59,775 nucleotides of DNA from Myxococcota bacterium (GTDB lineage Bacteria; Myxococcota; Myxococcia; Myxococcales; Myxococcaceae). The stretch spans positions 1-59,775 of the forward strand of contig JBKPMY010000208.1 in assembly GCA_046732375.1 (NCBI GenBank). The letters run 5' to 3'. Both the position numbers and the translations under genes were made by a program. Positions 30,442 through 38,608 of this stretch are shown in pieces; position 1 is the stretch's first letter, and every line of letters starts with the position of its first letter. The notes beneath the pieces are model-generated. The model did no database searches and was not told the origin of the DNA. It saw only the letters and a list, made by a program, of their open reading frames with translations.

Positions 30442-31002
30442 CTACTTCTTCAGCATCGGCTTGCCCTCGTGGGCGACGAGGAGGTCGTGCATGTCGTTGG
30501 CGTGCTCCTCCTCCTGGGCCAGCACCCGCTCGAGGAGGGTCCGGGTGGTGGGGTCCTTCTCCCCGAAGTAGCGGATCAGGTCGCGGTAGTGCTCGATGGC
30601 GATCCGCTCCGCGACCAGGTTCTCGCGGATCATGTCCACCAGGTTCTCGCCCTCGGCGTACTGGGACGCGGCCCTGGTGGTGAGACCCTCGGGATTGAGG
30701 TTGGGCTTGCCGCCGAGCTGGTTGATCCGCTCCGAGAGCCAGTCCAGGTGCTGCTCCTCTTCGCGAGCGTGCTGGGCGAACTCCTCCTTCACCGACTCGC
30801 TGGCGATGCCGGCCGCGGCGACGGCGTGGTACTTGTAGCGGAGGACGCAGACGATCTCCGTCGCCACCGCCTCGTTCAGGAGCGCGATCGCGGTCTGCAC
30901 GTCGCCTCCGTAGTTCTCGGTGATCGCACCCATCTCCAGCTTCTCGCGCGCCCTCTTGCGGATGTTGGCGATGTCCGTGGCGAACGAGCCCTTGTTGCCC
31001 AT
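30442..31002 (-). CDS. ferritin-like (bacterioferritin/Dps superfamily) protein
   Basis: 186 aa with LLNEAVATEIVCVLRYKYH, EFAQHAREEEQHLDWLSERINQLGG and LAQEEEHANDMHDLL, which are di-iron EExxH-type motifs. GGGAGG RBS 11 nt upstream. Confidence 0.8.
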   Translation of the reverse strand: MGNKGSFATDIANIRKRAREKLEMGAITENYGGDVQTAIALLNEAVATEIVCVLRYKYHAVAAAGIASESVKEEFAQHAREEEQHLDWLSERINQLGGKPNLNPEGLTTRAASQYAEGENLVDMIRENLVAERIAIEHYRDLIRYFGEKDPTTRTLLERVLAQEEEHANDMHDLLVAHEGKPMLKK

Positions 31003-31154
31003 GATCGATGGACCTCCCTGCCGATCGGTGTGAGGACGACCAACTCCACGCCGCGCGGAATCCCGGCGCCAAGTGACTTCTTCCGGATCGGCGTTCAGCT
31101 GACAATCGCCGGAAGGCGCCGTGGCGGTGCAGGAAGGGCCCGACGGAGCGCGAG

Positions 31155-32188
31155 TCAGGCCGTGAGCACCCGGTCCAGCAGCCAGTAGACTCCCAGCCCG
31201 GCGACGGCGGCCGAGGCCCAGCGAATCCCCACCGGCCAGACCCGGCCCACGCCGCGGAGCCAGCGGAGCACCGGCCAGGCCAGGGCGACGATCACCAGCT
31301 GCCCGAGCTCGACGCCCAGGTTGAAGGTCAGGAGGCTGGGAGCGAGCAACGCCCGCGGAAGCTCGAGCGCCCGCAGCGCGCCGGCGAACCCGAACCCGTG
31401 CACGAGCCCGAAGCCGAAGGTGAGCCGCCAGCGGTGCGCGATTGCCGTCCGTACCCGCTCGGCGGAGACCGGCGGCCGGAGCGACAGGAGATTTTCCACC
31501 GCCACCGCAACGATGCTCAGCGCGATCAGCGGCTCGATGAGGCGCGGCGGAGGAACGACCCAGCCCAGGGTGGCGAGGGCGAGGGTCAACGAGTGGGCGA
31601 CGGTGAAGGCGGTCACGATGCCCACCAGCTGGCGGAAGCTGCCCCCCAGGAGGAGGACGCCGAGGAGGAAGGCGATGTGGTCCGCGCCCTGGAAGATGTG
31701 CTCCGCGCCGAGGCGGAGGAACCGTCCTGCTCCCGCCCAGGCTGACGGCTGGGCCTCGACCTCCAGCACCGGGGCGTCGCCCTGGCGGTGCGCTGCACGG
31801 CGAGCCCCGGTGCCTTCACCAGGGCCACGTGGAGATGCCCTTCCGGGAGCCGGCCGAGGAAGCCGAGCGACATCCGCAGCCGTCCGGGAGCGCTGGGGCA
31901 GTCCCAGCGCGCGGTGACGCCCACGCCGTCCTCCTGGACGGGAGCCACCGAGGATGCGACGAGCACGCAGGCTGCTCCGTCCGAGGAGACCTGCACCGTG
32001 GCGGCAATCTCCTCGGGCCGCAGCGCTTCCAGCTCGGCCCGGGCGAACTGGAGCACGGCCTGGACCTGGCGGTTGTCGATGGTGACCTCGCCCGTCGACA
32101 GGCGAAGCGCGTGCGCACGGGCCGCGCCGGGGACCAGGACGAGGAGGACGAGGACGCGGAGCCAGGATCTGCCCATGAGCCGGTCCAC
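31155..32188 (-). pseudogene. HupE/UreJ_2-family membrane protein, apparently split by a frameshift near 31780-31795
   Basis: Track ORF 31613..32188 has a believable signal peptide and periplasmic part (MGRSWLRVLVLLVLVPGAARA...LGFLGRLPEGHLHVALVKAPGLAVQRTA), then degenerates into Ser/Arg-rich out-of-frame text. Track ORF 31155..31769 carries the membrane part (GAEHIFQGADHIAFLLGVLLLGG...TAFTVAHSLTLALATLGW). Upstream of its GTG that frame stays open and reads ...RQGDAPVLEVEAQ. The two frames overlap by 157 nt. Confidence 0.5.
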
Positions 32189-32352
32189 CCTATCGGGCGC
32201 AGGCCGCAGGCCGCGCGGAGATCTTGGCTCGAATCCGGTCGGCCGCCTCGCCCGTACATCGGGAAGTCAGGGGCGGCAGAACCGTGGGCGGCACGCCAGC
32301 ACGCGTGCGCAGCCGTTCCTGCTGGCCGTTCCACGCACCCCGCGAGGGACCG

Positions 32353-33003
32353 ATGTCGAGATCCGTGGTCGCGAACCTCAGGCTCGTGCTGCTTCTCCTC
32401 TCCACCTCGGCAGGGGCCGAGCCCGCGCTGCACCGGCTTGCAAGCGCCGAGGCCGTCATCGACGACCAGGCGCACGCCAACCTGGGGTCCCTCATGCCCG
32501 AGGTCCTCGCCCGGCTCGACGGGAACAAACCTCCGCCCTTCGTCGACCTGCGGCATCCAAGCAAACCGGGAACCGGACCGGGCCTGGCAGACGGTGGGAA
32601 CATGGTGGACCCCGAGCTCCTGACCGTCGTTACCCCCCTCGGCGGGTGGGATCTGTACCTTGCGACGGGGGGAGAGCTTCTCCGGACCAATCCCCGAGCA
32701 GGACTGCCCCCCAACGGTGCCGCCGCGACACCGAGGCTCTGGGGCACGGAGGTGGGCACCCGGTTGTCGCTGCTCGACGACCGGCTGGCTCTCGCGTCGG
32801 TGTTCCGATTCGTGCAGCTGGGGAGGGTCCCGGTGCCGGTGCTCGACGGGGACTTCACCGAGCGCTCTGACCCCACGGATCCCTACGGCGTCGATCTCGA
32901 CGTGCGGCTCCGCATCCTTCCGTGGATGTGGGCCGTCACCGGAGTTTCCTTCACGCCGGACAACCCGGTCGAGCTCCGCGGGGGGCTGGCGCTCGAGTTC
33001 TGA
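32353..33003 (+). CDS. secreted hypothetical protein, possibly outer-membrane associated (C-terminal ...GGLALEF)
   Basis: ATG 32353 is in frame with track ORF 32224..33003. MSRSVVANLRLVLLLLSTSAGAEP is a signal peptide. The terminal Phe is typical of OM beta-barrel proteins. No family recognised. Confidence 0.55.
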   Translation: MSRSVVANLRLVLLLLSTSAGAEPALHRLASAEAVIDDQAHANLGSLMPEVLARLDGNKPPPFVDLRHPSKPGTGPGLADGGNMVDPELLTVVTPLGGWDLYLATGGELLRTNPRAGLPPNGAAATPRLWGTEVGTRLSLLDDRLALASVFRFVQLGRVPVPVLDGDFTERSDPTDPYGVDLDVRLRILPWMWAVTGVSFTPDNPVELRGGLALEF

Positions 33004-33013
33004 GCGCGAGTGC

Positions 33014-33367
33014 TCAGACCTCCTCGGCTGGAACTGCTCCGCCCGGCACCAGCCCGAGGAGAAGAACCAGCGCTCCCACCACTCGCTCGTTCCACACCGT
33101 GCCCTCGAGGAGATGGGGCAGGAAGGCGCTCTGGATCAGGATCCAGGCCCCGATCCCCGCGACGGCCCAGTGCAGCCGGGGCTGCCGGATGGCGAGCGCC
33201 GACAGGCTCACGATCACGAGCCCCAGGATCCAGTCCAAGCTCCCGATCGCCACTGCATGGCGCCAGATGAGAGCGGACATGAAGAACCACGCCCCGATGA
33301 TCATGGTGGTGTACCGCGCCGCCGATCCAGGATCGATCCCCCACAGACCGCGCTCCGTCGTCGTCAT
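33014..33367 (-). CDS. small four-helix membrane protein, SPW-repeat-like (paralogue 1, 117 aa)
   Basis: ATG 33367 lies 8 nt after GGAGG. MTTTERGLWGIDPGSAARYTTMIIGAWFFMSALIWRH...SLDWILGLVIV...WAVAGIGAWILIQSAFLPH...VWNERVVGALVLLLGLV is collinear with the next gene. Confidence 0.65.
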   Translation of the reverse strand: MTTTERGLWGIDPGSAARYTTMIIGAWFFMSALIWRHAVAIGSLDWILGLVIVSLSALAIRQPRLHWAVAGIGAWILIQSAFLPHLLEGTVWNERVVGALVLLLGLVPGGAVPAEEV

Positions 33368-33465
33368 GAGCTGACCTCCAGGGAGGTCAGTAACGATGCT
33401 TGGGCTCCCACGCATCCCCCGAGCCGGGCGGCGCTCGGATGCCCGCTACCCGTGGCGCCGGCTGC

Positions 33466-33819
33466 TCAGCTGTCTTCCGGCGGGAGCTCGCCTCCGGCGA
33501 CCAGTCCGAGCACCACCAGGAGCACGCCGACGATGCGCTCGTTCCAGGCCGTGAGGTCACTCGCGTGCGGCAGGACGAAGCTCACCAGCACGAGCACCAC
33601 CCCCAGGCCGGAGATCAGCCAGTGCTGCCGCGCGTGCCGGAGGGCCATGATCGAGGCGCCGATCACGAGTAGCCCGAGGATCCAGTCCAGGCTCCGCCAC
33701 ACGGTTCCTTCGTGCCAGACGACCGAGGACATGAAGAACCAGGCCCCGAGGATGGCCGACGCATAGTGCGCCCACAGCCCGGGGTCGAACGCGCTCAGAT
33801 CGCGCTTGATGGTCGGCAT
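33466..33819 (-). CDS. small four-helix membrane protein, SPW-repeat-like (paralogue 2, 117 aa)
   Basis: MPTIKRDLSAFDPGLWAHYASAILGAWFFMSSVVWHE...SLDWILGLLVI...WLISGLGVVLVLVSFVLPH...AWNERIVGVLLVVLGLV. Same length and motif order as 33014..33367. Confidence 0.65.
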   Translation of the reverse strand: MPTIKRDLSAFDPGLWAHYASAILGAWFFMSSVVWHEGTVWRSLDWILGLLVIGASIMALRHARQHWLISGLGVVLVLVSFVLPHASDLTAWNERIVGVLLVVLGLVAGGELPPEDS

Positions 33820-33928
33820 CGCCGGGACCCTCCGTTGGAGTCACCGTCATGGTGCGCCCGGCGCCGGACCGGGACAAGGCACCGGGACCTCGACGCATAC
33901 ACCGCGTGCGGGTCGGGAAACTCCCCGC

Positions 33929-34366
33929 TCAGTCCTTCCGCTCCCCACGGAGCCGGCGCTCCCGGGCCTTCATCGCCGCGACGGTCTCGCTGTGCCCCTC
34001 GTCCCGGAGCTTGCGGAACTCGTCCTGGAACCCCTTCAGCTCGTCCTCGGATGCATCCTCCAGGGCAGCGAAGGTGTTCCGCGCCTCGCGGGTACTCCGG
34101 ATGAGCTCGTCCAGCTTCAGATGGAGCGCCGTCGCGTCCCGGTTCTGGGTGGCCTGGATCAGGAACACCATCAGGAAGGTCACCACCGTCGTCCCGGTGT
34201 TGATGACCAGCTGCCACGAATCGCTGAAGTGGAAGAGCGGCCCGGTCACCGCCCAGACCGCGACCACCAGCACCGCGAGCGCGAAGGCGACCGGGGTCCC
34301 CAGCGCATGAGACGAGGTGTTGGCGAAGCGACGAAACCCGTCGTCCATCCGCGGAAAGCTAGGCAC
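33929..34366 (-). CDS. low-affinity iron permease (Fet4-like) family protein
   Basis: FRRFANTSSHALGTPVAFALAVLVVAVWAVTGPLFHFSDSWQLVINTGTTVVTFLMVFLIQATQNRDATALHLKLDELI is the family signature. The track start is GTG; an alternative ATG is at 34348. Confidence 0.8.
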   Translation of the reverse strand: MPSFPRMDDGFRRFANTSSHALGTPVAFALAVLVVAVWAVTGPLFHFSDSWQLVINTGTTVVTFLMVFLIQATQNRDATALHLKLDELIRSTREARNTFAALEDASEDELKGFQDEFRKLRDEGHSETVAAMKARERRLRGERKD

Positions 34367-34407
34367 CCGGGCCGGTCCGGGGGAGCGGCTGCCCCCGACG
34401 AAGGGAC

Positions 34408-35922
34408 TTGACCCCGGCCCGTCCCACGGAAACGCTCGCGCGGCCCGTGAAATCCCGCCTTCTCCCGCTGGTGCTGGTGCTCCTGGCTTGCAGGACCGCT
34501 CTCGCCGCAGGCGCGGAGAGCAAGCCAGGAAGCCCGCCGCCCGGGGTGATCCGGATCGGGGAGCGCGCCGTCCTCGAGCTCCGGGTGCCGCGAGCGCAGC
34601 GCTCTCCGCAGGCCCGTGCCCGCGACGCCAGCGAGACCCTGACCCACGTCCTCGAGCTTCCCGGCCCGGACGTGGTGCGCACCGAGCCTCGCGAGGGAGC
34701 GGTGACGTTGCTGGTGGGCGAGACGCCCATCGTCGAGCTGACCACGGAGGACGCCGAGGCGGTCGGCACGGACGACCTCACGCTGTACGCCGCGGTTGCG
34801 GCACAGCGTCTGGATTCGGCGCTCAAGGCGGAGCGGCGGCGGCTGCAGATCCAGGACGCCGTCTTCTCCGTGTCGCTCGCGGTGTTCATCACCCTGCTGG
34901 CGTTCCTGGCCCTGCGCCTGCTGGGGCGGCTGGGACTCCAGCTCCAGGACACCCTGCTGGGCGATCGCGAACGGGTCCCTGCGTTTCGGCTCGGCACGGT
35001 GGAGGTCGCCAGCCGCCGGGCTGTGCGCGGGGCGCTGCGCCTCGGCCTCCGCGTCGGAACGCGGATCCTGCAGGTCATCGTCGTCTACGTCTGGGTGCTC
35101 TTCGTCCTCTCGCTCTTCACGCCCACCCGCGAGTACGGCGCGCGGCTCACCGGCTCGGTTCTCCGTCCGGCGGGGGAGATCCTCGGACGCGCCGGCGGCG
35201 CGCTCCCGATGCTGGTGGTCGCGGGCCTGCTCGGCCTCGCGGTGGCCCTGGTGATCCGGACCCTGCGGCTCTTCTTCGAGAGCATCGCCCGCGGGGAAAC
35301 GAAGGTGCGCTGGATCTCCGCGGATCTGGCCACGCCGGTGGGTGTGCTCCTCCGGGCGGCGCTCTTCGTCCTCGCCGTGCTCTTCGCTGCCCCGCTGATC
35401 ACCGGAGAGGACACCGGCGCCCTCTCCCGGCTCGGAACGGCGGTGCTCCTCGCGCTGGCTCTCGGCGCCGTCCCGCTGCTTGCCTCCATCGCGGTGGGGC
35501 TTCCCACCGTGCTCGGACGGACGGTGCGGCCGGGCGAGGTGGTGGAGCTCGGCGGGCGACGCGGACAGGTCCGATCGGTCGGCCTTCTCGACGTGCTGCT
35601 CGAGGACCCCGAGGGCGCCGAGCTGCGCGTCCCTCACCTCGTCGCCTTCCTTCACCCGCGGCGGGCGCTGGGCGCACTACCCTCCCGGGTCCTGGAGGTG
35701 GTGGTCGGGAGCAGCGAGGACCAGGCCCGGGTCGAGTCGGTGCTCCTCGAGGCTGCGGGCTCGCACGCCTCCGGGGCCCGCGCCGAGCTGGTGTCACTGG
35801 ACGCCCACGGCGCTCGGTGGAGGGTGTCCGGCATCGGTCCCGACCTGGGGCAGCGCGTGGCCTCCGCGCTGCGCGACGCGCGCATCCCGCTCGGGCAACC
35901 GGCCCGCGAGGCACCCCCATGA
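34408..35922 (+). CDS. mechanosensitive ion channel (MscS-like) family protein
   Basis: Signal or TM N-terminus, several TM spans, then the MscS beta-domain pattern GRTVRPGEVVELGGRRGQVRSVGLLDVLLEDPEGAELRVPH. Start is uncertain: TTG 34408 or GTG 34447. Confidence 0.75.
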   Translation: MTPARPTETLARPVKSRLLPLVLVLLACRTALAAGAESKPGSPPPGVIRIGERAVLELRVPRAQRSPQARARDASETLTHVLELPGPDVVRTEPREGAVTLLVGETPIVELTTEDAEAVGTDDLTLYAAVAAQRLDSALKAERRRLQIQDAVFSVSLAVFITLLAFLALRLLGRLGLQLQDTLLGDRERVPAFRLGTVEVASRRAVRGALRLGLRVGTRILQVIVVYVWVLFVLSLFTPTREYGARLTGSVLRPAGEILGRAGGALPMLVVAGLLGLAVALVIRTLRLFFESIARGETKVRWISADLATPVGVLLRAALFVLAVLFAAPLITGEDTGALSRLGTAVLLALALGAVPLLASIAVGLPTVLGRTVRPGEVVELGGRRGQVRSVGLLDVLLEDPEGAELRVPHLVAFLHPRRALGALPSRVLEVVVGSSEDQARVESVLLEAAGSHASGARAELVSLDAHGARWRVSGIGPDLGQRVASALRDARIPLGQPAREAPP

Positions 35923-37160
35923 ATGCGCTCTGGGGGATGATGGGCCTCATCGCCGCCGCCTTCGTGGGCAGCGTCCTGGTCGCACGCCGGAGCCAGGCAC
36001 GGCACGGCCTGGCCTCGGGATCGGGACCGGTCCTCGCCGGGTTCCTGATCGGGCCGACGGCGCTCGGGCTGGTGACACCCGAGCTGCTCGAGGTCTTCAA
36101 CCCGCTCGCCCAGGTGGGGCTGGGATGGCTCGCGCTGATCCTGGGGCTCGACTACGGGTGGCTGGACCGGCGGCGGATCCCGGTTGCCCGGCTCGTCGGA
36201 GGAACGCTCGCCGGGCTCCTGACCATGGCCGTCGTGGCCGCGGCGACCTTCGCGCTTCTCCGCCGCGTGCAGCCGTCCGGGCTCGTCTGGTGGCAGGACA
36301 CGACGAACTGGATCGCCGCCGGAGGCATCGGAGCCGCCTGTGCCGAGACAACCCGTCACGCTGTGCGCTGGGTGGCGGACCGGCTGAAGGCGAGTGGTCC
36401 GGTGACCGAGCTGCTCCTGGACGTCTCCGACGCGGACGACCTCGGCCCGCTGCTCCTCTGCGGAGCGCTGTTCACCCTGCAGCCGCCGACGGGCCTGCGC
36501 TGGGCGACGCACCCCGCGGTGCTCTGGGCCGGCCAGATCGGCCTGGGGGTGACGATCGGCCTGCTGACCGCGCTGCTCGTCTCGCGCCGGTTCCGCTCGC
36601 GCTCGCTGTGGGCGGTGCTGTTCGGCACCTCGATGGTGGCCATCGGGCTGGCCGTCCGGGCCGACCTGGCGGTCCTCACGGTGGGGTTCTGCATGGGTCT
36701 GGGCCTCAGTGCAGTGTCCTCGCACCGGCAAGCCATCCGCGCCGCGGTTCTTCCCGGCGAGGTCCCGCTCCGGCTGCCGGCCCTGCTCCTCGCCGGAGCG
36801 TGGATCGACGTGGGTCAGGTCCCGTTTCTCGCGTGGGTGATCCCCACCGTGCTCGGGGCCCGGGTGCTGGCCAAGGGGCTGGTGGCAGGGTGCGCCGCAC
36901 TGGTGTCCCCGCCGCTCCGCCGGGCCGGTGCGCCTCTGCTCCCCGCACTCCTGGCCTGCGGTCCCACCAGCATGAGCATCGGACTGGCATTCGCCCTCCG
37001 GTTTCCCGGGCCGGTCGGGGAGACGGTGCTGGTCTCGGCTGCCGCGGCCACCTTGCTCGGCGAGCTGGTCGCCCCCGTCGGGTTGAGGGCGGCGCTGCGG
37101 CGAGCGGGGGAGGCCAGCGTGGAGCCTGCCCCGCAGCCGGCGGTGGAGGTGGCGGTGTGA
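35919..37160 (+). CDS. cation:proton antiporter (CPA family), copy 1
   Basis: ATG 35919 overlaps the MscS-like stop (ATGA) and is in frame with track ORF 34317..37160. Starts MNALWGMMGLIAAAFVGSVLV...VLAGFLIGPTALGLV...; polytopic. Confidence 0.8.
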   Translation: MNALWGMMGLIAAAFVGSVLVARRSQARHGLASGSGPVLAGFLIGPTALGLVTPELLEVFNPLAQVGLGWLALILGLDYGWLDRRRIPVARLVGGTLAGLLTMAVVAAATFALLRRVQPSGLVWWQDTTNWIAAGGIGAACAETTRHAVRWVADRLKASGPVTELLLDVSDADDLGPLLLCGALFTLQPPTGLRWATHPAVLWAGQIGLGVTIGLLTALLVSRRFRSRSLWAVLFGTSMVAIGLAVRADLAVLTVGFCMGLGLSAVSSHRQAIRAAVLPGEVPLRLPALLLAGAWIDVGQVPFLAWVIPTVLGARVLAKGLVAGCAALVSPPLRRAGAPLLPALLACGPTSMSIGLAFALRFPGPVGETVLVSAAAATLLGELVAPVGLRAALRRAGEASVEPAPQPAVEVAV

Positions 37161-38518
37161 GCTCTACCGGCGAGCACCGGAGGGCGAACCGCGGGGTGGA
37201 GCTGCTCCTCCTGGGGATCCTGGTGGGGCTGATGGTGCTCGCCTCGACGGCGACCCACGAGGGGGGGCGAAGCCACGCCCTGGCCGCGCTGGGGTTCCTC
37301 CTGCTCGCGGGCACGGTGGTGGCGAACGTGCTCGAGCGAATCGGCATCCCCCACCTGACCGCCTATTTGCTGACCGGGATGGCCGCCGGCCCGTATGCGC
37401 TCCACCTGGTGGACCACACCGCGGTCCAGGACCTCACTCCGGTCAATGCGCTCGCGCTGTCGCTCATCTCACTGGCCGGCGGCGCGGAGCTGCGGATCTC
37501 GAAGCTGATCGCCGCGGCACGGTCGCTCCTGTGGGCCACCCTGATCCAGAACGTCCTGGTCCTGGTTCTCATGGCCGGGGCGTTCCTCGCGCTCCGCCCC
37601 GTGCTCCCCTTCACCGCGGGGCTTCCCTTCTCCGTGGTCGTCGGGGTGGCCCTCCTCTGGGGAGTGGTGGCGATCACCCGCAGCCCGTCGGCGACGCTGG
37701 GCGTGCTCTCTCAGACCGGAGCGAAGGGGCCGCTGGCGACCTTCACCCTCGCCTTCGTCATGGCCTCCGACGTGGTGGTGGTCGTGGTCCTGGCGCTGGT
37801 GTTCACCGTGACGCGGCCCCTCCTCGAACCGGGGGCCGCCTTCTCCATGCGCGCGTTCCAGGAGCTCGGCCACGAGGTGATCGGCAGCATCGCGCTCGGC
37901 TCCACGCTGGGGTTGCTCCTCGCGGCGTATCTGCGATTCGTCGGCCGGCAGCTGGTGCTGGTGTTCGTCGCGCTGGGGCTGGTGATGACCCAGGTGCTGG
38001 ACTACCTGCGCTTCGACTGGCTCCTGATCTTCATCACCGCGGGGTTCGTGGTGCAGAACCTCTCGAAGCAGGGGGAAAAGTTTCTCGAGGAGATCGAGCG
38101 ATTGGGGGAGATCGTCTACGTCATCTTCTTCGCCACGGCGGGCGCGCACCTGGACCTGCCGCTCCTGGCTCAGCTCTGGCCTGCTGCCCTGGCCCTGACC
38201 CTGTGTCGTGGTGGGTTCACCTGGTTCTCGGCGCGGCTCTCCAGCCACCTGGCGGACGACCCACCGAAGCTCCGACGCTGGGGGTGGACGGGGCTGGTCT
38301 CGCAGGCAGGCCTGGCGCTGGGCATCGCCGGGAAGATCCAGAAGGAGCACCCCGGATACGGCGCAGGCTTCGCCGCCATGGCCGTTGCCACGGTAGCCCT
38401 GAACGAGCTGGTGGGGCCCATCCTGTTCAAGGCCGCGCTCGACCGCAGCGGGGAGAGCGCCAGGCACGCTGACACCGAGGAGAGCACCCCGACCCCGGGA
38501 GTCGAGCCGGCGCGCTAG
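37157..38518 (+). CDS. cation:proton antiporter (CPA family), copy 2
   Basis: GTG 37157 overlaps the stop of copy 1 (GTGA) and is in frame with track ORF 35480..38518. ...IGIPHLTAYLLTGMAAGPYALHLVD...SLISLAGGAELRI...; polytopic. Confidence 0.8.
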   Translation: MSSTGEHRRANRGVELLLLGILVGLMVLASTATHEGGRSHALAALGFLLLAGTVVANVLERIGIPHLTAYLLTGMAAGPYALHLVDHTAVQDLTPVNALALSLISLAGGAELRISKLIAAARSLLWATLIQNVLVLVLMAGAFLALRPVLPFTAGLPFSVVVGVALLWGVVAITRSPSATLGVLSQTGAKGPLATFTLAFVMASDVVVVVVLALVFTVTRPLLEPGAAFSMRAFQELGHEVIGSIALGSTLGLLLAAYLRFVGRQLVLVFVALGLVMTQVLDYLRFDWLLIFITAGFVVQNLSKQGEKFLEEIERLGEIVYVIFFATAGAHLDLPLLAQLWPAALALTLCRGGFTWFSARLSSHLADDPPKLRRWGWTGLVSQAGLALGIAGKIQKEHPGYGAGFAAMAVATVALNELVGPILFKAALDRSGESARHADTEESTPTPGVEPAR

Positions 38519-38608
38519 CGGCGGGCGTCGACGATGGAGGCCGCCCGCGAGCCCCCGCTCGCTGCACGAGACGAGCCCGCAGATCCTGCACCGTCATAGC
38601 CTGCGCGG

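Noticed and set aside
31003-31154. Palindromic CGGCG-TTCAGCTGACAAT-CGCCG (inner TCAGCTGA) between the HupE-like and ferritin-like genes as a Fur/PerR box
   Set aside because: It does not resemble the AT-rich Fur or PerR consensus. It is equally well explained as the transcription terminator hairpin of the upstream gene. I kept it only as a note.
34317-38518. 947-aa (34317..37160) and 1,012-aa (35480..38518) + strand ORFs taken at face value
   Set aside because: Only their 3' portions (from ATG 35919 and GTG 37157) read as membrane transporters. The 5' portions are out-of-frame read-through of the preceding genes (Arg/Pro-rich) and would overlap the well-supported MscS-like and CPA genes.
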